From the NCBI GenBank assembly GCA_044225505.1, contig JBGAIN010000021.1:1-64000 (forward strand): a stretch of DNA of 64,000 bases. The letters run 5' to 3'. This DNA comes from Limisphaerales bacterium (GTDB taxonomy: Bacteria > Verrucomicrobiota > Verrucomicrobiia > Limisphaerales > SIBE01). The position numbers and the translations under genes were made by a program. Each line of letters begins with the position of its first letter. Positions within the stretch are counted from its first letter, which is position 1. The notes under the pieces are model-generated. The model made no database searches. It was not told the origin of the DNA and worked only from the letters and a program-made list of their open reading frames with translations. Positions 1 through 10,700 of this stretch are shown piece by piece.

Positions 1-629
1 TTCTCGTCAGTAATCCTGGAGATAGTTTCGACTCGACCGATCCGTGGTTCGATTCGCTTGATCCGAGCCGCCAAGGACTCGCCTTTAGCCGTCGTTATGG
101 TTTCGTGATGGATACAATGACTGACCCGCTTCCAGCCGGAACCGCCATCTGGATTCGGAAGATTTCTGCGGCAAGCGACCTGGGATACTACAACTATTCA
201 GGTTCGGCTCCGAAGACTTGGGAGCCGATTTTTGGAACGGGAGGAACAACCAACGCGCTTCGTTGGAGCGGAATGATGTTCCATCCTGGTGTGACCGCTC
301 CTCCTGGCACCAACACTCTTACAGCCACATTCGAGCTTTACCTCGCCGACACGACGACCGGACAGGAAGTGCCTGGCTCTAACTCCGGCCCACTGGTCTT
401 TAATTGGACGAATGTGCCAGACGGGAGGCCAACGCTAGACATCGGGATCAAAGTGGTCGTGGGCTGGCCCGGGGACGCCGTTGGTTACGTTTTGGAGTGG
501 GCGGATAAGTCCACATCGACGCTCTGGACAACAGTCACAAACACCCCAGTGACACTGATCGGTCAATCTGGCGTGGTGCTGGAGCCTAGCGCTGCAGCGA
601 AGTTCTTCCGATTGCGGAAGACGCCCTAG
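1..629 (+). CDS. 5'-truncated secreted/surface protein with Verrucomicrobia-type C-terminal domain
   Basis: The frame is open from position 3 ([16 protein letters not shown]...), so the gene starts before the window. It ends GWP..GYVLE...WTTVTNTP...KFFRLRKTP, a tail typical of exported verrucomicrobial proteins. Confidence 0.7.
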   Translation, partial: LVSNPGDSFDSTDPWFDSLDPSRQGLAFSRRYGFVMDTMTDPLPAGTAIWIRKISAASDLGYYNYSGSAPKTWEPIFGTGGTTNALRWSGMMFHPGVTAPPGTNTLTATFELYLADTTTGQEVPGSNSGPLVFNWTNVPDGRPTLDIGIKVVVGWPGDAVGYVLEWADKSTSTLWTTVTNTPVTLIGQSGVVLEPSAAAKFFRLRKTP

Positions 630-660
630 CTCCGCTTTGGTTGCCGCCACAGAAGCCGCG

Positions 661-1362
661 ATGAGGCCAAAGCTAGCAACCTCCGGCCCGGGGAATTCGC
701 CCCCTGGGCCGGCGTGGGTGCGTGCCTTTACCTTGATCGAACTGCTCGTGGTCATCGCGATTATTGGGATTCTTGCGGGCCTTCTGCTGCCTGCGCTGGC
801 TCGCGCAAGAGAGTCCGCCCGCTCTATCCAGTGCCTCAGCCAGGCGCGGCAACTAGGAATAGGCGTGCGTCTTTACACCGAAGACAATCAAGATGAATTC
901 CCCCGCAGCCAGCATTCGGCATTCACGCACGGGCAAATGACTTGGGGCAGGGCTCTCGCTCCTCTGCTCGGTTCTGACACGATTCGTTGGACGAACCTCC
1001 TTCGCAGAGTCTATCACTGTCCCAGCGATCTCCGCACCAATGGGTGGAGTTACGGTCTCAATGTCTATTTCGAACTGGGGCCAGACGACGACTACGAAGG
1101 TAAACCACAAACGTGGCGTCGCACTGACTCCGTGTCTCATCCCTCAGCGACCGTTACGTTCGCCGAAAACGCCTCCGCTGCCGACCACATTATGCCGAAT
1201 TTTTGGACGGCCGCACAAGACGCGGTGGATGTGGCCTCGCGCCGACATGGCCGGCGCTCGAACTATACCTTCGTGGATGGTCACGCCGAGGCGCGTGAAT
1301 TCAGGACCATCTATGAGCCCACGCAACAGGTCGACGAGTGGAATCCAGCACGCGCGCACTAA
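661..1362 (+). CDS. Prepilin-type N-terminal cleavage/methylation protein with H-X9-DG motif (DUF1559-like)
   Basis: [31 protein letters not shown]-methyl motif, CPSD, and C-terminal [15 protein letters not shown] 661 preferred over TTG 637. Confidence 0.92.
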   Translation: MRPKLATSGPGNSPPGPAWVRAFTLIELLVVIAIIGILAGLLLPALARARESARSIQCLSQARQLGIGVRLYTEDNQDEFPRSQHSAFTHGQMTWGRALAPLLGSDTIRWTNLLRRVYHCPSDLRTNGWSYGLNVYFELGPDDDYEGKPQTWRRTDSVSHPSATVTFAENASAADHIMPNFWTAAQDAVDVASRRHGRRSNYTFVDGHAEAREFRTIYEPTQQVDEWNPARAH

Positions 1363-1723
1363 CTTTATACATAGAGCCCCAGAACGAAGTCGTGCCAAGC
1401 GCTGCAGACCCATCGAGTGCCGTCTTCATGGAAGCGACCCCGATCTGTCACTTGCTCTCGAGGGAATAACGATAGCCTCTCGGTTTCAGACGAGGCAGTT
1501 TTCCGATGCAATCCATAAGACGTCTTTTCCGCAATGGCGAAGCCGTCCGACTCCGGGAAGCCGTTTGATTTCTGTGCTTGCTTCCATGGAACCCTTTTAA
1601 CCGGTTCTGTATCGTATTAGCGGATTTGAGTTCATTGGGCAAATGAGTAACGGAAGTAAAAGCCGCGCTCCCCGGAAGTTATCCGAATTGACTAAAGCTG
1701 CTTCGTGGTGAAATATCCCCGCA

Positions 1724-2098
1724 GTGCCGAGCCGATGGACCAGTTTCCCGGTAGTCGTCATGCTCTGCCTCGTCTTGGGGCTGCAGTGGACTCTTTTGCG
1801 TACTGTCGCCTGGGTGAACATGTTCGTCACCTTCGTTCAAACCGTTACCGTTCCTGAGGCCTTGACGAAGACTTTCGACGGGAAGCATCCATGCTCCCTC
1901 TGTAAATTCGTTAAGAGCGCTGAACAGTCCGAGAAGAAGCAGGAATCCATCAAGGGTGAGGCGAAACCGAACTTGATATTGACTCTAGAGAGCTGCCGAC
2001 TCTCTCCCCCGCCAGACTATACTTTGCTTCCTCTCCTAGACCATAGGTCTTCCGGAAGAACCGAGTCACCGCCGGTTCCCCCTCCTCGGGGAGTCTGA
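1724..2098 (+). CDS. Small membrane/exported protein with CxxC and proline-rich C-tail (DUF2946/CruR/CutF-like leader)
   Basis: N-terminal hydrophobic segment, HPCSLC motif, and C-terminus SPPVPPPRGV. Lies upstream of PepSY-TM and metal genes. Confidence 0.65.
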   Translation: MPSRWTSFPVVVMLCLVLGLQWTLLRTVAWVNMFVTFVQTVTVPEALTKTFDGKHPCSLCKFVKSAEQSEKKQESIKGEAKPNLILTLESCRLSPPPDYTLLPLLDHRSSGRTESPPVPPPRGV

Positions 2099-2114
2099 TC
2101 TATTCTTCTGTCGG

Positions 2115-2140
2115 CTCAGGCCATCGTGGCCTGAGTTCTT
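2115..2140 (+). terminator. Stem-loop, possible attenuator/terminator after the leader gene
   Basis: CTCAGGCCA-TCG-TGGCCTGAG perfect 9-bp stem followed by TTCTT, 16 nt after the stop at 2098. Confidence 0.5.
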
Positions 2141-2229
2141 CGTTCGCCAAAGATACCGACTCTAACACGTCCGTCGATTTCTGATCGGAGCAACTAGACT
2201 CTACTTGATTTGAGCAATCATGCTTTGAC

Positions 2230-3534
2230 TTGTCGGATGATCGCCCTATGAGTCTCCACCGCAATCTCAATCCGGAGCATACCGTTCATCGCGCGCCGGC
2301 GAAGGGCGGGGAGATCGCCGTTGACATCATCTGCCACCGGTTGAAATGGCGGCGGATTTGGATCGGGCTTCACCGCTGGCTGGGTCTGACCGCGGGCTTG
2401 GCATTGGTGATCATCGGGCTTACCGGCAGCCTTTACGTGTTTTATCAAGAGATCGCCGAAGTGTTGGCATCGGAAACCCTTCGTGTTGAGCCCAAAGCCG
2501 GTGGCGAAAAGGCCTACCGCCCATGGTCCGAACTCATCGCGCTTACCGAACCACATCGACCCGCCAACGCCGTCCTTAGCGGAGTTCTTGGACCGGGTCA
2601 TAACGCCGCCGCAGCGCGCGTGATTTACGTCTCGCCCGCAACGCCCCAAAAAACCCGACAGGCTTTCGAACTTTGTATCAATCCGTATAGTGGCGAGTAT
2701 CTTGGGGAAAACCCCCTGGATAATAACCTCGTCTGGCGTATCTGTACGTTTCTCTTCGAATTGCACTACTCCCTCAAACTCGGTGACACTGGGGGTATCA
2801 TCGTTGGCATTCTGGCGGTCGTGGGGCTTATCTCAATCCTCAGCGGGATTTACCTTTGGTGGCCACGTTGGAAGGCAGTTCGCCATGCACTCACAATCAA
2901 GCGAAACGCGGCGACGGTGCGGAAGGTTTACGATTGGCATCGGGTGACGGGATTCTATTCTTTCGTCGTTCTCGGCGCTGTCCTTCTCTCCGGTATCTGG
3001 ATGAACTTGAACAGCCAGTTTGTCGCGGTCGTGACGCTGCTCTCCCCTGGAACCAGGGCTGGCGAAGAGGACTTGCCCAGATCTTCGAATCTTCATGGAA
3101 AAGCGCCGCGTCCACTAACGGAATATATCGACAAGCTACGTCGCCAGTTTCCGGAGGGCCGCCTCAATTGGATCAGTCTTCCAGATACTCTTTCTGGCAC
3201 CGTCTCTGTGAGTTTCGTTGGGGTTCCAGGCAGCCAGGTCTCGCGCTGGTCAGAGCGGACGGTGTGGGTGGATCAGTTCACAGGAGAGGTTCTGCGCGTG
3301 GATGACCCTGCCCACAGGCAAACTGCCGGGGAGACATTTCTTTCCTGGCAATGGCCTTTGCACAGCGGTAAGGCTTTTGGCTGGCCTGGGCGCATCGCCG
3401 TCTTCGCGGCCGGGCTTATGCTTTCCGTGCTTTACGGGACCGGTCTGGCCATTTGGTGGAGGAAACACAAAGCGTCGGCCCGCTGGACCAGTCGAAAGAC
3501 ACCGCACCTTGCGTGCGAAACGCCGCCCGAATGA
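2230..3534 (+). CDS. PepSY-associated TM helix domain protein (iron-regulated membrane protein type)
   Basis: LHRWLGL..GL...IIGLTGS, INPYSGE, LH..L, GIYLWWPR, WHRVTG, VDQFTGEVL, LHSG..FGWPGR. The true start may be nearer 2341. Confidence 0.9.
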   Translation: MSDDRPMSLHRNLNPEHTVHRAPAKGGEIAVDIICHRLKWRRIWIGLHRWLGLTAGLALVIIGLTGSLYVFYQEIAEVLASETLRVEPKAGGEKAYRPWSELIALTEPHRPANAVLSGVLGPGHNAAAARVIYVSPATPQKTRQAFELCINPYSGEYLGENPLDNNLVWRICTFLFELHYSLKLGDTGGIIVGILAVVGLISILSGIYLWWPRWKAVRHALTIKRNAATVRKVYDWHRVTGFYSFVVLGAVLLSGIWMNLNSQFVAVVTLLSPGTRAGEEDLPRSSNLHGKAPRPLTEYIDKLRRQFPEGRLNWISLPDTLSGTVSVSFVGVPGSQVSRWSERTVWVDQFTGEVLRVDDPAHRQTAGETFLSWQWPLHSGKAFGWPGRIAVFAAGLMLSVLYGTGLAIWWRKHKASARWTSRKTPHLACETPPE

Positions 3535-3568
3535 AAGCCCTTTCCAAACATCCCGATTTTCCGGTGAC

Positions 3569-3591
3569 CCCGCACAACTGTGTTGCGCGGG
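3569..3591. other. Intergenic stem-loop
   Basis: CCCGCACAAC-TGT-GTTGCGCGGG, 10-bp stem with 1 mismatch. Confidence 0.4.
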
Positions 3592-3636
3592 CGGCTGTAC
3601 TCACCGGGCTACGCAGCGACACATAACCATAACACC

Positions 3637-4032
3637 ATGAGCAAACAGTTCCCGATTAAAGTGATCGCGACAATCGCGATCGTCCTGGCCGTTGACGCTA
3701 CCACCTGGCGCGGCTCCGCCGCGGAAGAGAAAGACGAGCCGATTAAACACGTGATGAACACCTTTCATAAGGCGCCCAAAGGTGTAGATCCCATCTGCAA
3801 GAAGGCTTTGGAAGGTAAAGCCAGCGCCGACGAGGTCACGAAACTCGTCGCCGCTTATAAGACCTTGACCAAGGCCACGCCTCCCAAAGGTGATCAAGCC
3901 AGTTGGACCGAGAAGACAGGCAAACTGTTGGCTGCCGCCGAGTCCCTGCAAAAGGGGGAGGCCGATGGGATTGCCAAATATAAGGAAGCCGTGAATTGTA
4001 AGGCTTGCCATACTGTCCACAAACTCGATTAA
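3637..4032 (+). CDS. Periplasmic c-type cytochrome (helical, C-terminal heme motif)
   Basis: Signal peptide from ATG 3637 (MSKQFPIKVIATIAIVLAV) and C-terminal CKACH. Confidence 0.8.
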   Translation: MSKQFPIKVIATIAIVLAVDATTWRGSAAEEKDEPIKHVMNTFHKAPKGVDPICKKALEGKASADEVTKLVAAYKTLTKATPPKGDQASWTEKTGKLLAAAESLQKGEADGIAKYKEAVNCKACHTVHKLD

Positions 4033-4049
4033 ACCGCGTCTCACGGCAA

Positions 4050-4072
4050 CCCTGCGGCGTCATGCCGCAGGG
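4050..4072. other. Intergenic stem-loop
   Basis: CCCTGCGGC-GTCAT-GCCGCAGGG perfect 9-bp stem. Confidence 0.45.
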
Positions 4073-4116
4073 GGCCTGGGACGTTGCTATTCCAACCACC
4101 AAGACGAGATCACCCC

Positions 4117-4431
4117 ATGAAAATGATGTTCATCCTGCTGCTCGCCGTTGCCGGCATCGCTTCGATTCTGCGGGCGGAAGACGCACCGGCGGTCACAGCG
4201 AACGCAACAAACCATTTCCAGATCAAAGGGATGAGTTGCGACGGCTGCGCGCGGGGCATTGCCTCAGAATTGAAGCGTTGGCCCGGTGTAATCTCGGCTG
4301 ATGTGACCTTCGGTAAGAAGCTCGCGGTGGTTGCTTTCGACACGAATTTCGTGTCTACGCAGGGATTAAAGAAAGCCATTGTTGATGCCGGATATGGAGC
4401 CAAGCTCATCAGATCTGCCAAAGTAAACTAG
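4117..4431 (+). CDS. Exported heavy-metal-associated (HMA) domain protein, MerP/CopZ-like
   Basis: Signal peptide MKMMFILLLAVAGIASILRA, GMSCDGC motif, and terminal AIVDAGY. Confidence 0.9.
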   Translation: MKMMFILLLAVAGIASILRAEDAPAVTANATNHFQIKGMSCDGCARGIASELKRWPGVISADVTFGKKLAVVAFDTNFVSTQGLKKAIVDAGYGAKLIRSAKVN

Positions 4432-4833
4432 GATTGAACCCAGTCATCTTTGCCCCGCTTCATGCCATCCGCGCCTGACGCGGTGGGAGGCGTTCTGCGC
4501 GTTATGCGGCGGTTTATCCAGCCGATCGCCGTTCGGCTCGAATGGTCGTCGATGAACTGTCGGCGTGCATTCTTGAATGAAGGCCAGGCGGCACGATTCA
4601 TTCAGCGGTCGTTTTTTGGCGGTGAACGCTCAATGACGTCCGACATGTGACTTGGATGCTCAGGCGTTCGGTTGGATCCGCGGCGTGTGACCCGAAAAGC
4701 CACCCTCATACTCAACACGGAGACTGCTTTCCACGAACGAGCATCGGACGGATAGGCCCTTCCAAACCAGCTCTGGTCTTCGACATCTTCATTACACGCC
4801 TCGCTCAAGACTCTTCCGTGTCTTTTTGCACTT

Positions 4834-5850
4834 TTGTCGGTGGAATCTCGCTTTAGGTGTTGGTGGATCCGTTTGGCGACGAAAAGACGTGATCGAAAAT
4901 CCGGGACGATCAGTCACAGCCTCTCCAGATGTGTGAGGATCCGACGACAGTGGAATCAGTTCCTTATGAGATCCTGTTCCGTTTGCGTGATAAAAGATTT
5001 CTGCTCAATAGTCTGGGTAGCAGCTATTTCCAGAGTGGCTTTGCGAGTGCTGGCCCTGGTGTCAACGACTGGATGGCTCTGGGCTGGGATTCCAGAACCC
5101 GACGTGGTCTGGTATGGCAAAGTGCTCGGCCAATCTGGCGGTAGCACAGTGCGGGTCACGGTTGGGACGCTGGTCTGGCGTCTCGAGCCGGTAGCGGGCG
5201 GGGAGGCCATCATTCTTACCACAGCACTTACGAACATTAATGACCAGTTTAGTTACGCGCTCCGACTGCCGTGTGAAAGTCCCGAGCCTGGTGTGACAGC
5301 GACTCCGCGTACCGTGGTTTTGTCTAACCCGGCGACGCGGTACCGGCGAGGATCAGTGACTCTTGACGGTCAGCCTTTGACACTCAGCGGAGCGACCGAC
5401 CAGTTCGGTCCGCTCCTGACTGATCGCGGTCGCGCCGAGTTGATCGACCTGACTGTAGCGACGTCTTCGCTGGACGTGGACGGAGACGGAATGGCAGACG
5501 ATTGGGAGCGGCAGTTTTTCGGCGGCCTGAGTGCCAACCCTAACGATGATTTCGACCGGGACGGAGTTAGCAACCTTCGTGAGTTTCGGGCTGGGACGAA
5601 TCCCAAGGATGCAGAGTCGCTGTTTGAGATCGTCGAGATTCGGTCTACGGCCGGAGGTATTTCATTGGGCTGGTCTAGCCAAACGGGGAAACGCTACCGG
5701 GTCCGACGCGCGCCGCAGTTGCTCGGGGCGGCCAGTTCGTATCAGACCGTAGCGACGGGTCTCACCAGCACACCCCCCTTCAATGAATTCATCGATCCGC
5801 AAGCGGCGGGTGGAACGCAATTTTTTTACCTGATCGAGATCGAAGAATAA
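4834..5850 (+). CDS. Secreted accessory protein with Ca-binding DxDxDG (TSP3-like) repeats and Verrucomicrobia-type C-terminal domain
   Basis: Signal-like ...LALVSTTGWLWA|GIPEP, DVDGDGMADDWE, DFDRDGVSNLREFRAGTNP, and C-tail WSSQTGKRYRV...FFYLIEIEE. The real start is likely downstream of 4834 (about 4966-5035). Confidence 0.75.
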   Translation: MSVESRFRCWWIRLATKRRDRKSGTISHSLSRCVRIRRQWNQFLMRSCSVCVIKDFCSIVWVAAISRVALRVLALVSTTGWLWAGIPEPDVVWYGKVLGQSGGSTVRVTVGTLVWRLEPVAGGEAIILTTALTNINDQFSYALRLPCESPEPGVTATPRTVVLSNPATRYRRGSVTLDGQPLTLSGATDQFGPLLTDRGRAELIDLTVATSSLDVDGDGMADDWERQFFGGLSANPNDDFDRDGVSNLREFRAGTNPKDAESLFEIVEIRSTAGGISLGWSSQTGKRYRVRRAPQLLGAASSYQTVATGLTSTPPFNEFIDPQAAGGTQFFYLIEIEE

Positions 5851-5857
5851 CCGCTTT

Positions 5858-7714
5858 ATGAGATTACTTCCTCGTTCTGGTTGGACGGGGCAGGCCGTAA
5901 CTGGTTCTGTCACTATTCTGTCTGCGTTGTCGTTGCTGCAGGCGCTGACACTTCGTCTGGACGCGCAGTGGGTCCAACAGACGATTTCACTGCGCCCTGG
6001 ATGGAACGCGGTCTTCTTGGAGGTGCAGCCAGAGCCGGCGGAGTGCGATTCCCAGTTTACGAATCTGCCAGTGGAAAGCGTTTGGGACTTCAATCGATCC
6101 ATTGACGCTCCTCAGTTTGTCCAGGATCCGGCAACGCTTATCCCTGGGGCGCCAGGCTGGCTGAGCTGGTTTCCTCCGAACCACCCGTTGGCCAGTCAGA
6201 TAAATCTTTCTATCTTACGTCCTGATCGTCCTTATCTGATCAAAGTTCGAGACAACGCCTCAGCGGTGAACTGGACGGTGACCGGGCGTCCGTCCTTGCG
6301 TCGAATCGCCTGGCAACCGGAGGCTTTGAACTTGCAGGGCTTCCACGTCGGAACTCAGGGCCCGACCTTTCTAACGCTCTTTAGCGGCGAAGTTGGTTTG
6401 AGTGGTCAACCGATTTACGCTCTGGATTCGACGGGGGCCTGGCGGTTACTGACCCAATTGACAACGGAGCGCGCGCGGGCGGGGGAAGCGTACTGGATAA
6501 GGTGCCGGCAACCTGCGCAGCGGACGGCCACGATTGAAGTGGATTCCGGGGCCAGACTTGGCCTGACCTTCAGTGGCAGCTTGACGGAAGGGAGCTTGCG
6601 GGTCCGCAATACCAGCGCCAGCGCCCGCTCAATTTCTGTTCGTCTGTTGCCTTCGGCCGGCCCGCCAGCGGGGCAGCCGGCATTGGCAGGACCAGTGCCG
6701 TTGGATACTTGGCGTTCGGACTTTGCTTCGACGAGCCTTGGCTGGGAGCCTTTCGCAGCGCCTTTGACGTTTCCAGAACTACCAGCTGGCCAGGAATGGA
6801 ATATTCGCCTCGGGGTTAGACGGGCGCGGGTTCCAACTGCGGCACCTGGCTCGCAGTTTCAGAGTTTATTGGAGGTCACGGACGATGCTGGAACGCGCTG
6901 GATTGTTCCCATTGCCGCTGATGCATCGGGTGCGCAGACAGCTCTGGCCGGATTAGACCGAGCGACAGGGGCGTCCGTCGCCGCGCGTGCTGGTCTTTGG
7001 GTGGGAGAAGCAGTGCTGAATGCGGTCTCTGAGCCGGCTAACTTGGCCGATTCTAGGCAACCTCGTCGGTCGGCAGGCGAGTTTTCGTTCCGGCTCATCG
7101 TGCATGTTGATGCTTCGGGGAGCGCTCGTCTGCTCAGGCACGTCTACGCGGTGAGAAAGCCTCCGGTGACAGGTCCAGATCCAGAAAATCCGGGCTCCAG
7201 CCGCATCGAGCAACCCGCTCGGACACTTCTCTTCACGGACGAAGCGCTCATTTCCCCTGTCCTTGGGAATGGAGCACTGGTTGGCCGACGATTGAGTTCG
7301 AGCGCATTCGGATTCAAACAACCGGTCGGCATGACCGGTGGGACGTTTGGGTCCGGGGCACTGACAGCGACGATCGCTCTCGATTATGACGATCCGTTAA
7401 ACCCGTTTAAACACCGCTTTCATCCTGACCACAATAATTTGGACGAACGATTCGAGCAAAAGCTGTCAGAGGGACGCGAAGTGTTCTCGGTCACTCGCTC
7501 AATTACCCTGGAATTCAGCGCCACGGACCCGACCGGACTGAATGCGCCCGGGTTTGGTGACTCGGAATTGGGAGGAATCTACCGAGAAACGATCACGGGA
7601 CTTCACCGGCAGTCGATCCAAGTCGGCGGCACTTTTCGCCTGGTGCGAACGGCAACCGCCGCGGTCTTAAACGACGGTCCGACCGTGGGCGTGGCCAGCG
7701 CACAGCTTGAATGA
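5858..7714 (+). CDS. Secreted hypothetical protein with N-terminal 'LxxGWN' beta domain
   Basis: 618-aa ORF with signal-like N-terminus then QWVQQTISLRPGWNAVFL. C-terminal PLNPFKHRFHPDHNN motif. Coupled to both neighbours. Confidence 0.8.
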   Translation: MRLLPRSGWTGQAVTGSVTILSALSLLQALTLRLDAQWVQQTISLRPGWNAVFLEVQPEPAECDSQFTNLPVESVWDFNRSIDAPQFVQDPATLIPGAPGWLSWFPPNHPLASQINLSILRPDRPYLIKVRDNASAVNWTVTGRPSLRRIAWQPEALNLQGFHVGTQGPTFLTLFSGEVGLSGQPIYALDSTGAWRLLTQLTTERARAGEAYWIRCRQPAQRTATIEVDSGARLGLTFSGSLTEGSLRVRNTSASARSISVRLLPSAGPPAGQPALAGPVPLDTWRSDFASTSLGWEPFAAPLTFPELPAGQEWNIRLGVRRARVPTAAPGSQFQSLLEVTDDAGTRWIVPIAADASGAQTALAGLDRATGASVAARAGLWVGEAVLNAVSEPANLADSRQPRRSAGEFSFRLIVHVDASGSARLLRHVYAVRKPPVTGPDPENPGSSRIEQPARTLLFTDEALISPVLGNGALVGRRLSSSAFGFKQPVGMTGGTFGSGALTATIALDYDDPLNPFKHRFHPDHNNLDERFEQKLSEGREVFSVTRSITLEFSATDPTGLNAPGFGDSELGGIYRETITGLHRQSIQVGGTFRLVRTATAAVLNDGPTVGVASAQLE

Positions 7715-10700
7715 ACTCCACATCCCCTCAATTTCTATTCCCTTTGTGAACGCCTGTCCTTCGAATCGATTCTGGATCGGTCTTAGCATGGCGATGCTGG
7801 TCGCATCATCCGCCATCGCGCAAGTCACCCCGCTGTGGAAGGTGAACTACTCCGAACCAGCACCCTCACCTGGTGCGGTCGGTTCCTACTACGATGACAA
7901 GAACTTCGGTCGGCTCACGCGAACTTTAGGCCTGGCAAACCAACGAGAGTCTTCTTCCGACATCCAGATCATCATTGGTCCTCCGATCAATCTAGGGCCG
8001 ACTTTTGTCCGAACCGATGCCACGATTGATTTCAGCTGGGGGACGGGCTCGCCAGACTCCCGCATCGCGGCCGATACTTTCTCAATACGCTGGGTGGGTC
8101 GCATCGCGCCCAAAGCGACAGGAAACTACACGTTCTTTGCCGTATCGGATGACGGCATTCGCGTTCAACTCGATGGCACCATCATTATCGATAGCTTCGT
8201 CAATCAAGCCGCCACTGAACATCCGAGCAGCCCCATTGCTCTCAATGAAGGATGGGTCTACACGATTCAGGTCGACTATTATGAAGACACGGGGTCGGCA
8301 GCGGCCAGTCTTCTGTGGTCGGGACCTGGCCTCGGCAAGCAACCGGTCACCTTCCAGGGCGGCTCAGACGGTTCAAGTGCGCGTTTCGGCGAAGTGTTGG
8401 CGGTGGTGGCCGACAGAGTCGCTGTGGCTGCTCCAAAAGCCGAGGGACGCAGCGGTTCGGCTTCAAGCCCGCAGTTTCACAACGATACTGGATCTGTTTC
8501 GTTCTATGATCTGGCCGGCAGCCCCAGCGGCGCAACCACAGCCCCTTTGAGTACCCAAAGCCGCGAGTATGGCACGTCCCTGGCGGCTTTTGGGGATGGT
8601 CGATTGTTAGTCGGGGCTGGCGACGGAGATACAACTGGAACCCGCTTTTATGTCGGAGCGGTGCATTTGCACGATGCCGCAGGAACTCTCCTGAGGACCT
8701 GGCCAAATCCTGATGGCCAAGGCACAGCCAACGCCAATCAATACTTTGGATTTCGGGTCGAGACCCTGCCCGGGGACCGGTTTGTCGCCAGTTCCTTGGC
8801 GACGCCGGGAAAAGTATTTCTATTCGATGCCTCTACCGTGAGCACGCCGCTGGCTGTTATGAACAACCCCGCCACTGGCGGCGCCACTGGAATAAGAGAT
8901 AGGTCCAATCCGCCATGGACTGGCGAATTCGGTTCCGCCCTCGCGGTCCTGGGAGGCAATAAGCTCCTGGTCGGATCTCCGCGTCATAGTGTCGACAATG
9001 ATCAGGCAGGGAGTGTCTTTCTCTACGATCTTAGTGGGAATCTCCTTCGGACTGTCCACAATCCCTTCAGCCGGCCGGATTTCTTCGGAGCTGCAATCGC
9101 GGCGGTGGATGAACACCGGTTTTTGGTCGGCGCACCGGCCGCTGACCAGATTTACTTGGATGGGACTTTGCGCACGAACTCGACTGCCGGGGTCGTCTAC
9201 CTTTTTGACGACTCTGGGACACGCTTGCGAACGTATAACCCCCCCGACCCTGCGCGGGCCGGCAACTTTGGTGTCGCTCTGGCCATGCTCGGTGCCGACC
9301 GAATCCTGATTGGCTCGTCTAATGAAACCGTTGCCAGTTTTACTGGTGCTGGCAGTGTCCATCTCTTCACCCTGGATGGGGTGCCGGTTGCTAGTGTGGC
9401 CAATCCTACGCCTGGCGTCTTTGATCAGTTCGGAGCCACCTTGGTTGCGCTCGACAACCACCGGTTTGTGGTGGGAGCACCTGGAGACGACACGGTTCGT
9501 CCGGATGCCGGGAGCATCTATGCGTTCGATGCCCCGATCTCCAACCTGGAGCTGGGCATGGAGATACCACGACCGCCAAACGTTAACGTCGATGGTAATT
9601 TCCCGTCTGGCGGCCCCGGAGTTGACCCGCCAGGCGCGGCATTTTGGCACGCCGCCTCGCAGAAGCTGTTTGCGGTCAGACCTGGGCCTATTTTGGTGTC
9701 ATGGCCGTTGAATGGTGGAACAACCAATAACATTCAGGCTGTTTTGGGCTGGCCGTCCGATCAAAGTCGGTTTCAGCTGCACGTGGCTGGTCCGACTCCC
9801 GTCGATTTAAGCGGGGGCGGAGTGTTCAGCCACGCCACGTTGCATACAACGTCCACCGATGCCAGTGCCGATCTGGTCCGCAACACGCGCGTCTACTCCG
9901 CAACCACACCCGGTTTGAGCTTGGTGATGCTTTCCTCCGGACCGCCCGAGAACAACCCGATTCGATTCCAGTTCGTGCGGACGGTGGCTTGGAACGATCC
10001 GGCTCATCTGCACGACAATGCATCCGCCACCATCGGCCAGCCTATCGCGGATCCAGGCGGTTACCATGACGTGGCATGTGGGGCTCCTCAAGTTATCCTG
10101 CCCGGAGCGCCTTTCTGTCCTCCGCCGGTTTTCGATCCGGCCACCCGGTCAGGCACCATCATTCCCGTCAACCGAGGCAACTCGGAGACGGAGGCCGACG
10201 ACCTCGTGGTCGCTTTTTACCGCGTCGGAACGCAGTTATTCGATCCGGTGACAGGCGCTAAAGTTTCCAACAGTATCTGCTGGCCGCACAAGCCGGTGCG
10301 GTTTGTCCCTCAATGGCCATCAGACGCGCCGCACCTTGTCATTGCCAGCCAGCAGGGAACAGGGGTGATCGATACCGCGCAGTTCCAGGAGTGGGACCTC
10401 TACTTCCAAAACGATCCTGCCCAGGCCGGATTTAACCCTAACGATGAACACGCGCTGCGCCGTCCCGTCACCGGAGGCGAAGGCGTCTTTGCCCTACGCG
10501 ACGATTTGGGAACCGCGAATACCTCGGAGCCCTTCGTGCTGATTCGCTTCCGTGATCCCAGCGCCGGAGGCCAGTTTCGGATGAAGGTTTGGAAAGTGGT
10601 GGCCCAGGAAGCGCCCTTTTTCTTCAAATATCCTGCGCGGGCAGGGCAATTGATCCAAGCACCGTTCCCTCTGAGCACGCTCGCGCTGGCTCAGCCGACC

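Noticed and set aside
1688..1716. Sigma70-like promoter TTGACT-N17-AAATAT before the leader gene
   Set aside because: The -10 match is weak (3/6) and cannot be supported without TSS data.
4432..4833. Short ORFs between the HMA gene and the toxin-like operon
   Set aside because: Under 70 aa, mutually overlapping and without motifs. Treated as intergenic.
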